Origin: a virus
Length of the DNA: 44,059 bases
Direction: 5' to 3' (one strand)
Virus record (IMG/VR): IMGVR_UViG_3300025584_000284
Shown: piece after piece, positions 17,581 through 25,353 of the stretch
How positions within the stretch are numbered: the stretch's first letter is position 1
How the letters are laid out: every line of letters starts with the position of its first letter
Notes under the pieces: generated by a model
What the model saw: only the letters and a program-made list of their open reading frames with translations
The model's database searches: none
Told to the model about the DNA's origin: nothing
Translations under genes and position numbers: made by a program

Positions 17581-19730
17581 TAATATCTTCCAGTCGTTGC
17601 AGTTCTTGCTATATTTATTTTATATTTATCTACATTAAGTGAATCCATATATAAATCGTTAACAACTTTATTATCAGAATAATCCCTATCAAAATTACCA
17701 CTTATTTCAAATGTTTCATCCAATTCTAATTCATTCACATTTTTAATATTTAAATACTTTCTATCTTCTTCATCTACATTAATTTTAAAATCTACTTTCA
17801 AATTAAAATCTGAATTTGGTTTGGTTTCAAAATTAATATTAATAATAAACGAAGTGTCCTTTAAATTAAATACTTTAAAATTATCTGTCATACCAAATTC
17901 TAAATTAACATTCTTTTGTAAACTATATATCAACCATACAAATCCTTTAACTTCATCAATTAATGAATTTATTAAAATTTCTTTAAAAGAAGATTCTCCT
18001 GATGATGGTGTTAAAAAAGAGTTTTTAAAAATACTATCATCTGAAACATTACTGTTACTTCCATCACTTTGAAAATTATAAAATGATGTATCCATTGCCC
18101 ATGATTGAGCCTTTGGCATAGTTTCATCTTGAGCCTCACCAATTGGTTTTGACATATCTTCATCTTTAACCAATCCTCTTTGATTTATTTTAAAAATATT
18201 CAAGAATAAATCTGTTAAATGTGCTCTTAAATGTCTACTAAAAATGTTATTTCTATAATCATTACTTATCCAATTTTTAAGTAAATTTTCATCCTTTGAG
18301 ATATCAAAAACATCTCTTTCTGTATCAAGTGGTGTATCCACTAAGGCATCTGTACCTTTCATTAAATTAATTCTACCAGATTTTTCAACATCACATTTAA
18401 AATTATGTTTAGTATCAAACAAAAACTTTAAACTACTTATAAAATCAACAGTAGTTTCTCTTGGATATCCAGGTATCCATCCCGCATCAAATGCAATTTT
18501 ATCATCTTTTGTAACTGCATCTAAATACATTTTAATAACATCAGGAGTTTGGTTCTTTTCCATTAGTGCTAAAGTTTTTGGAACTCCATTCTCTACTCCA
18601 ATATTCATATAAACCAATCCAGATTTTCTTGATTCATCTAAAAACTTCTCATTCATTTTTTTATGAGTTCTAAAATAACCACCGTATCTTATTTTTGGTA
18701 ATTCTCCCTTGTCAATTAAGTCATTCAATACATCAACAAATTTTTTATAATTACTTATTGAACCATTTATCAATGAATCTGTAAACCAAAAATTTTCAAC
18801 TCCATATTCTTTATTTAATTTTGTTATATCTTCAATTAACTTTTCAGGACTTCTGTATCTATACAATCGAGTCTCACTACAAAAAGTACATTTAAAAGTA
18901 CATCCTCTCGAACCTTGAATTGGTACTGTCAACTTTGGGCCAAAATCTGATGTTTTATCTTCTTTTCTAATTTCAGTATAACCTTTTAAAACTTCTTCAC
19001 TCCAAGTTGGTGTACTTAAAGTATTCAAATTCATTATCTGTAAATTGCCAGTATAAACTGGGGTTCTACCACTACGACCTGGTAGTAATGCCGTTGCAAA
19101 TGATGGTCTTAACTTATCCCACTTCCAAATTCCACTTGTATTTTCATAACTTCCAGTTTCTATTAAATCAGTTGCTAAATCTACAATGGTTTTCTCTCCT
19201 TCATTTGTACCACAACCTATGTCAATAAATTCTCTATACTTTCCTTTTCCTGGAATATCTCCATATCCTTCCTGTGTTTGGAATTTTTTAGAACTTTCAA
19301 CTAACCCACCATTTTCACCATACCAACAAAATGGACCACCATACCATATATGTATATTGGGATTAATTTGTCTTAAATAACGAGCAAGATAATCTGTTGT
19401 CATGATGTTTGATGAATATGTAGTAAAACTAACTACATCATATTCCGATAATTCTTTTATTATATCAAACCAAAATTCTTGAAACAATGGAACAATTTCT
19501 TCCCAAAAAACTTGTTTTGTACTCCAGGGATTATCTTGTGTCCATTTTTTGAAATACTCTTTATGATTATTTTTTAAATACAATGAACTCATCATATTAA
19601 TATCATATTGAGTTGAATTAAAACCTGCCTCCGTTAAGGCTGTATTTAAACTACCTAATGCAAATGAAGGTGTTGCTATAGACCATTGTGGACAAATACA
19701 TAATGCTATTTTTAAATCTTCTTTTTTCAT
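17580..19730 (-). CDS. Cobalamin-binding radical SAM enzyme (class B methyltransferase-like)
   Basis: N-terminal B12 domain (PQWSIATPSFALGSL, VSFTTYSSN, WYGGP), then SRGCTFKCTFC (CxxxCxxC), FWFTDS, IGVENG and GYPRET. The start is set at the TGATG overlap at 19730; the ORF track extends it to 19757. Confidence 0.9.
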   Translation of the reverse strand: MKKEDLKIALCICPQWSIATPSFALGSLNTALTEAGFNSTQYDINMMSSLYLKNNHKEYFKKWTQDNPWSTKQVFWEEIVPLFQEFWFDIIKELSEYDVVSFTTYSSNIMTTDYLARYLRQINPNIHIWYGGPFCWYGENGGLVESSKKFQTQEGYGDIPGKGKYREFIDIGCGTNEGEKTIVDLATDLIETGSYENTSGIWKWDKLRPSFATALLPGRSGRTPVYTGNLQIMNLNTLSTPTWSEEVLKGYTEIRKEDKTSDFGPKLTVPIQGSRGCTFKCTFCSETRLYRYRSPEKLIEDITKLNKEYGVENFWFTDSLINGSISNYKKFVDVLNDLIDKGELPKIRYGGYFRTHKKMNEKFLDESRKSGLVYMNIGVENGVPKTLALMEKNQTPDVIKMYLDAVTKDDKIAFDAGWIPGYPRETTVDFISSLKFLFDTKHNFKCDVEKSGRINLMKGTDALVDTPLDTERDVFDISKDENLLKNWISNDYRNNIFSRHLRAHLTDLFLNIFKINQRGLVKDEDMSKPIGEAQDETMPKAQSWAMDTSFYNFQSDGSNSNVSDDSIFKNSFLTPSSGESSFKEILINSLIDEVKGFVWLIYSLQKNVNLEFGMTDNFKVFNLKDTSFIININFETKPNSDFNLKVDFKINVDEEDRKYLNIKNVNELELDETFEISGNFDRDYSDNKVVNDLYMDSLNVDKYKINIARTATTGRY

Positions 19731-20320
19731 CACACAAAAGTATCTCCTACAGCCCAAGTAACTAAAGAATATCTATGTCCATTTGTAATTGGTTTTACTT
19801 CATGTCCATAAAATGATGGAAATATTAAAGCCCTGCCCTTTCTTGATTCAATGTGTGTACCATCGAAAAACTTAAATTCACCACCTTGATAATCCACTCC
19901 CTCATTACTTAAAAATATAATTATAGTTAACTTAACTACAGTAAAAGGATCAATGGGATGGAAATCTGAATGTGGTGTATACCAGTCCTCTCCATCATAT
20001 CTATGCCCCATAAGTTTATTTTTATATATACCTGAAATATTATATTTGAAAGATGTCGTGTTGGCTATTTCAATCAAACTCCAAATTTTATCTAAATATT
20101 TTTGTTCTTCAATATCAGCAATGTTTAACTTACAAATCTCATCGTCCATCATTGGTTGTTCTTCAACAATAGAATACGAACCTACTTTTGGTTTTGCATT
20201 ATTATCAATATATTTTCGTACTTCATTACATTCATCTTCAGTAAAGAAATTATCTCTTGTTAACCACCATCTAAATGATGGATTTTTTTTAAGAGTATCT
20301 ATATCTATTGGTTTATACAA
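19730..20320 (-). CDS. 2OG-Fe(II) oxygenase
   Basis: Motifs YTPHSD, YQGGEFKF and FPSFYGHEVKP...RYSLVTW. Confidence 0.92.
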   Translation of the reverse strand: MYKPIDIDTLKKNPSFRWWLTRDNFFTEDECNEVRKYIDNNAKPKVGSYSIVEEQPMMDDEICKLNIADIEEQKYLDKIWSLIEIANTTSFKYNISGIYKNKLMGHRYDGEDWYTPHSDFHPIDPFTVVKLTIIIFLSNEGVDYQGGEFKFFDGTHIESRKGRALIFPSFYGHEVKPITNGHRYSLVTWAVGDTFV

Positions 20321-20915
20321 AAGTATTTCCTATTATAAATTCTTGTAATGAATATCTAACACCACTTGTAACTGGTGTAACTCTGTGAAATAACAATGGA
20401 CAAAATATTAATAATGTTCCTTTTTCTTTTGGCATTTCATAAAATTCTAAAGTCTTTGGGTCTTGTATTGCTAATTGTGTAGAACCACCTTCATATTCGC
20501 TTGGAGCTGATAATTGAAGTATTGTAACTAATTTTCTTCTTGAACTCTTACCATTATTAAAATCTGAATGCCATGTGTAAAAATTATCTGATTTATATTC
20601 AATCAATTTTATATTATTTTCTGGTTCTTGTATATGAAGATTCCAAGATAAATGATTACACATCTTAGCCGCAATAAATAATTTCTGTTGTAATGAACTA
20701 TAATCCCCTACAACATAATCTCTCATATCTTTGTGTAAATACCATTCTGTAACATCTCTAAAATCTGTATTGTGATCATCACCAAAGTGGTCATCTAAAC
20801 AACCTTGTTCACTTTTTTCGGTATTCTTTATTCTTTCAACCAACTCATCACACTCATCATTTGTGAGAAAATCTGGTTTACTCATATACCACTGCCAATT
20901 ATTATTCTGATTCAT
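20313..20915 (-). CDS. 2OG-Fe(II) oxygenase
   Basis: Motifs YTWHSD, YEGGSTQL and LFHRVTPVTSGVRYSL. Confidence 0.92.
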   Translation of the reverse strand: MNQNNNWQWYMSKPDFLTNDECDELVERIKNTEKSEQGCLDDHFGDDHNTDFRDVTEWYLHKDMRDYVVGDYSSLQQKLFIAAKMCNHLSWNLHIQEPENNIKLIEYKSDNFYTWHSDFNNGKSSRRKLVTILQLSAPSEYEGGSTQLAIQDPKTLEFYEMPKEKGTLLIFCPLLFHRVTPVTSGVRYSLQEFIIGNTFV

Positions 20916-21417
20916 CTATCCATCCTTTTAAATAATCTGCAAAAATTCTATGTCCTTTTTCATTTGGATGTCCATTTTCACAAAAAACCTCATCTAAACT
21001 ATTTTTATCTTGTGTTATAACCTCATAAAAAGCTTTGTCTGTAAAATTATTAATATTTAAATCTTTTTGTGTTTTACCAAATGAAAAAAATAATATGTGT
21101 TCTACTCCAAGTGATTGTAAAAATGCCTGAAATAAAATTATATCATACATTTCCCAATCATATTTAGAACGACTTTCAGCAGTAAATCCTACAATAAATA
21201 TCGTTTCATTAAGAAGTTTTTGATTCTTATAAATCCACTTCATAGTATTAACTATGATTGTCTCATTACTACAACCACATATTGCCAAATTTATTTCTTT
21301 TAAATTTAATTCATCTGATAATAAATGACTAAATCTCGATTTCTTTTTAAATTTAAGTTCATCTCCCTCAACCCAACTACAACCATTCACATATAGAATT
21401 TTTTTATTTAAAACCAT
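20902..21417 (-). CDS. SGNH/GDSL-hydrolase-like protein
   Basis: Motifs VNGCSWVEG (block I Ser), CGCSN (block II) and GHPNEKGH (block V). Confidence 0.7.
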   Translation of the reverse strand: MVLNKKILYVNGCSWVEGDELKFKKKSRFSHLLSDELNLKEINLAICGCSNETIIVNTMKWIYKNQKLLNETIFIVGFTAESRSKYDWEMYDIILFQAFLQSLGVEHILFFSFGKTQKDLNINNFTDKAFYEVITQDKNSLDEVFCENGHPNEKGHRIFADYLKGWIDESE

Positions 21418-21432
21418 TACTTTATATTAAAG

Positions 21433-23193
21433 TTATTTATTATGCACTAAGTAACCCTCAGCATAATAATTATGTGTTCCATCTACTTCAAAATTATATA
21501 CAGTAACCTGTTCATCACTCAACTCAATAGTTTCAATAGTATGTTCCAATCCATCTACATGAAGTATTTTATCACCAATTGATAAATCACCAGCCTCTAC
21601 CCACTTACCATCAATATAAAATGGATGAACAGAAGTAGTTTTAATATTTCCATTTAAAATCATATAATATCTATCAGTATGTACATATGTTTTTGTTACT
21701 TTAGAATCAACAACTGAACTTGTTCCTACATCAAATGATTTAACAATATCACCTATCTCTACCTCTTCAATAGATTTTACTCCTTCATGCATTTGAATTT
21801 GAGTTCCACCAACGAAACATGGTGGTAAATTATGAACAAGAATGTCTGAACCAAAGTATGTATCAATCTCTTCAACATCTAAGGAATAAAAAGTAGTTTT
21901 TTCATTTACTAACGATATACTATCTATATTAATTTCCTCTTCAGAACTACTTAAAATTTTCATTCCAGTCTCAACATATTCAGGCATTTTAAAACTATAC
22001 TCTGAACCTGATTTTATAAAAAGTGATGCCCCAGTTCCTATTTTATATGAACTATTAATAAGATAATATTTATCTAATTCATCACTACTAAATCCAGTTA
22101 CAACTGAACTTGTAAGTTCAGCATTTTCTATAGATGAAGTTGTCCAACTCCACATATTACTTAATTGAAATGGGCCTGCTGTATCTTCTGGTTGTCCAGG
22201 AATATTATAAGATTGTACAATATCTCCAATTTGAATATCTTCAATATCTTTACTACTACCATCATGCATTCTAATTGGTGTTCCCGTTATAAAAGTATCA
22301 GGGTTATGTGCATAACTTATTTTATACTGATTACTACCACTAACAACTGGTGTTTTTCTACATGAGTATCCTCTTAAATCAGATGAATCTGAAGTTAAGT
22401 AAACACTTGAAGCAGTTGTGTGTAAAACCAACCCTCGAATAACATCTGTTTGTAATGAACCTACAAGTGTATCTGGAACAATATATTCTTCCACTACATA
22501 TCCTAAATCAACATAATCTGAAAGTGAACCCGTAGTAGCATCATTCAAATCAAAAAAGTAATTACCCCTTTTTAAATCTGCATTGGGTATTTTCACCACA
22601 ACATCTGGAACACCTGCTCCATTACTAAAATCTGCTGGTAAATCTGTATATTTTCTTGGTTGATAACTATACAATCCAGAAGAGCTTACATAATTATTAA
22701 AATAATATTTATTTCCAGAATAAGTACAGATTGAATTATTAGTATCAAATGCAATTTTCATCACAAAAACATTTGAATCAGATGAAGAAATTTCTGGGAT
22801 AACAACTGGATATGGGTCTACTAATATTTTCTCATATTCTATATCAGCAGAAGATACACTTGAACTCAAATGTGTTAAAAATCCATCTTGTGGTTTTGCT
22901 CCAACTTCAGTATTATCACAAACAACACAAAGTTTATTATAACCACCACTACCTAAAAAAGTATTTAATGCATCAAAATCTACCCAATTAGTATCTATAT
23001 TTCTCATTCGTAAATGAGTATTTATTTCTGCTAAATATATATCACCATCGTGTGCCATCCAATCATACATACCCAAAATACCCTCATTGTTTTGCTCACC
23101 AATCCAATGTTCACTTTGAGTAAAAAGATTAGCAACTTCTAAACTTTTGTCTCGTAAAGAACCACTATATATTGTTGAATCATAATTTGCCAT
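21433..23193 (-). CDS. Circularly permuted ATP-grasp-like domain fused to two tandem Hint (BIL-like) domains
   Basis: D44/E56-x-N58 (YDWMAHDGDIYLAEINT) precedes VVVKIP...G, VEEYI and DVIRG. Hint1 spans T300-N455 (TFITGT...ILVHN), followed by the linker LPP, Hint2 at C459-N585 (CFVGGT...TTSVHPF...YLVHN) and terminal K586. Confidence 0.8.
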   Translation of the reverse strand: MANYDSTIYSGSLRDKSLEVANLFTQSEHWIGEQNNEGILGMYDWMAHDGDIYLAEINTHLRMRNIDTNWVDFDALNTFLGSGGYNKLCVVCDNTEVGAKPQDGFLTHLSSSVSSADIEYEKILVDPYPVVIPEISSSDSNVFVMKIAFDTNNSICTYSGNKYYFNNYVSSSGLYSYQPRKYTDLPADFSNGAGVPDVVVKIPNADLKRGNYFFDLNDATTGSLSDYVDLGYVVEEYIVPDTLVGSLQTDVIRGLVLHTTASSVYLTSDSSDLRGYSCRKTPVVSGSNQYKISYAHNPDTFITGTPIRMHDGSSKDIEDIQIGDIVQSYNIPGQPEDTAGPFQLSNMWSWTTSSIENAELTSSVVTGFSSDELDKYYLINSSYKIGTGASLFIKSGSEYSFKMPEYVETGMKILSSSEEEINIDSISLVNEKTTFYSLDVEEIDTYFGSDILVHNLPPCFVGGTQIQMHEGVKSIEEVEIGDIVKSFDVGTSSVVDSKVTKTYVHTDRYYMILNGNIKTTSVHPFYIDGKWVEAGDLSIGDKILHVDGLEHTIETIELSDEQVTVYNFEVDGTHNYYAEGYLVHNK

Positions 23194-23228
23194 AATTTAT
23201 ATCCTTAATTTGGAAGTTTGTATACACT

Positions 23229-23236
23229 TATAAATA
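23229..23236 (-). promoter_or_regulatory. Candidate late-type promoter element (TATTTATA on the coding strand)
   Basis: The exact 8-mer lies 36 nt upstream of the ATP-grasp/Hint gene; the same 8-mer lies at 16977-16984, upstream of the gp62-like gene. Confidence 0.45.
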
Positions 23237-23680
23237 TCATATTCCTTTTATTTCTGTAAAAATATTTTCTTTCATAACTGATAATGCTGGTGTATTCCAA
23301 TCTTCTAATTTAATTGATGCGTAATTATACCCTTGTTTAACGATTTCATTACATCTCAACCATACTAAATCACTTCCCAATCCTTTGTTTCTATATTCTG
23401 GCATTATATAACGATTACATAAATAAGGATATTTTCTATTCCAATCTATAAAACACCAACCACACTCAGTTAAATAAAATGTCCAATTGTCTTTTAATCT
23501 TTGTTTTAATTCCGTTAAATCCCATTGTTTCCAAGGCCGTCCAAATGAATCTTTGAAGTTATCTAACTCTTCTGATACTACTTGTATCTGTTCTGAATGA
23601 ATATCATTGTAGTTTGTAAACTCTTGATACTTTTGAACTTCTTTTGGTTCGTAATTACTTAAATCTATCTTGTAATACAA
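23237..23680 (-). CDS. GNAT-family acetyltransferase
   Basis: Acetyl-CoA motif A (YIMPEYRNKGLGSDL) and motif B (WNTPAL); TTG start. Confidence 0.8.
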   Translation of the reverse strand: MYYKIDLSNYEPKEVQKYQEFTNYNDIHSEQIQVVSEELDNFKDSFGRPWKQWDLTELKQRLKDNWTFYLTECGWCFIDWNRKYPYLCNRYIMPEYRNKGLGSDLVWLRCNEIVKQGYNYASIKLEDWNTPALSVMKENIFTEIKGI

Positions 23681-23682
23681 AA

Positions 23683-23955
23683 TTATGTATCACTATCTAA
23701 ATCTAAACCAGTTCCTTGTAACATTGTCTTTGGAACTTTTCCACAATTTCCACAACTATAAACATCAATCGGTACTAATGCTTCTTTTCCTGTTGGTGAT
23801 ACAATTGCTGATAATCTTTTTATTATCGTGGATTGTATAAACAACACATTATTACATTCAGGATCATCACACCGTACGGTATCTGCTTTCGATAAATCTA
23901 CCTGTGGTTGTGCTTGTCGTGGCTGTTGGAACTGTCTTTGTGGTTTTGTACTCAT
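23683..23955 (-). CDS. Small Zn-binding hypothetical protein
   Basis: Motifs CDDPEC...CGNCG and a Q/P-rich N-terminus; GGAG RBS. Confidence 0.7.
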   Translation of the reverse strand: MSTKPQRQFQQPRQAQPQVDLSKADTVRCDDPECNNVLFIQSTIIKRLSAIVSPTGKEALVPIDVYSCGNCGKVPKTMLQGTGLDLDSDT

Positions 23956-23965
23956 TTTAACTCCT

Positions 23966-25228
23966 TTATATTTGTTTCTTTATATCATTAATAACTTTAT
24001 TGATACTTATCTTTTTGTAAATCTTATTTATCTCTTCCTGAAACTGATAAATAAACTTATTTCTATAATATAAATATGATTCACCAGATTTTACCAATAT
24101 TTTATCCAAATCTTGTTCTGTAAAAAAGTTTGGTTTCCAATCATCATAGAATTTTCTTTCATAAAAATATTTTTCAATGTTATTTCTCATTGTCCAATAA
24201 TCAAGTTGATAGGCCGTTAACTCTGAATTATTAATATATGCTTCAGAACTATCATGTAATGTTTGTGTCATACTACCATCAAAAACTCTTGGTTTTTCTA
24301 ATCTATGTATATGAGTAAAATTTGTTTTATCATTATATTTTATAACACAATTATTCTTCACAGCTTTAACTATTATAGCCTGCTCTTCTTGTGGTTGAAT
24401 TCCAATTCCACCTAAATCATTATAAATTTTAGCTCTAAATGTTTTAGGCCAAAATTCAGTACCATCGTCTACCCTGTACAATAAATTTTTATCTAAACTA
24501 ACCCCTTCATCTTTTTTAATTCCCCACACTATGTCAAAATTATTATAATACCATTTTCCCAACAATCCGTTCATAGTTTCTATTTCATTTATATAAGGTT
24601 TTAACTTTGAAATATCAATTACACTCTCTAAACTTGTAAAATTATAAGTATCACATTTCGTTACTAATATATCTAACCTATCTTCACCCAAACCTATTGG
24701 ATTTAATTGATGTGGATTTTCATATTTAGATGGATTTTTGAAAGTTTTTAATACTTCTTCAACATAATGATTTTCAAATACATTATCTGCACCAAAGAAT
24801 GCAACTATTCCATCATTAAAATCATCATACTTACTCCATCTATGTAATGCAACATCTATTCCAAATTTTGCAGCTAAGGCTGCACCTTGTATTTCATTGG
24901 GAAATTTTACATTTATTAAATGTATATTATCATATTTGTATTTATCTAATTTTTCTTTAACTACTATTTCAGTATTATCTAATTCTTCTTCTATTGAACA
25001 ATTATTTACAATTAATACTTCAAATTCATAAGGTGAAGTTGTTTGATTAATAAGTGATTCTACACAATCACCTATAAAACTCTCTTCTCTATACGCAATT
25101 ATAATTAGTTGATATTTTACAAAATCATATCTTTCCTGAGTTCCGAAGGGCGCAGGTAGAGCGTTATTAACTAAACTTTTATATTCTTGTTTATACTCTG
25201 GTGGAATTTCTTTTAAATAGTCGTACAT
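23966..25228 (-). CDS. Glycosyltransferase family 2-like
   Basis: Motifs IIIAYREESFIGDCVESL, LIVNNCS, FFGADN (DxD-like) and EEQA. Confidence 0.75.
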   Translation of the reverse strand: MYDYLKEIPPEYKQEYKSLVNNALPAPFGTQERYDFVKYQLIIIAYREESFIGDCVESLINQTTSPYEFEVLIVNNCSIEEELDNTEIVVKEKLDKYKYDNIHLINVKFPNEIQGAALAAKFGIDVALHRWSKYDDFNDGIVAFFGADNVFENHYVEEVLKTFKNPSKYENPHQLNPIGLGEDRLDILVTKCDTYNFTSLESVIDISKLKPYINEIETMNGLLGKWYYNNFDIVWGIKKDEGVSLDKNLLYRVDDGTEFWPKTFRAKIYNDLGGIGIQPQEEQAIIVKAVKNNCVIKYNDKTNFTHIHRLEKPRVFDGSMTQTLHDSSEAYINNSELTAYQLDYWTMRNNIEKYFYERKFYDDWKPNFFTEQDLDKILVKSGESYLYYRNKFIYQFQEEINKIYKKISINKVINDIKKQI

Positions 25229-25353
25229 AATATATCTTTATAATTACTAACTCTATTAAAATTATCCACTTCGCCTATACAACCATCACAAACATCTCCA
25301 TTATCTCTTATTTCAGAATATCTAAATGGTGATACACAAAATCCTTTTCTCAT
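25213..25353 (-). pseudogene. 46-aa in-frame remnant of a SPASM/twitch radical-SAM-type gene
   Basis: Manual translation: MRKGFCVSPFRYSEIRDNGDV-CDGCIGEVDNFNRVSNYKDILCTTI*. The FCxxPF...I...GDV start is joined directly to a CxxC tail. ATGA overlap with the clamp-loader stop. Confidence 0.5.

Noticed and set aside
19731-19757. Extended N-terminus MGCRRYFCV of the radical SAM ORF
   Set aside because: It lies inside the upstream gene, and the TGATG overlap at 19730 is the more plausible start.
14230-25300. Site-specific recombinase or programmed excision explaining the fusion junctions
   Set aside because: The four junction sequences share no motif, and no recombinase is encoded in the window.
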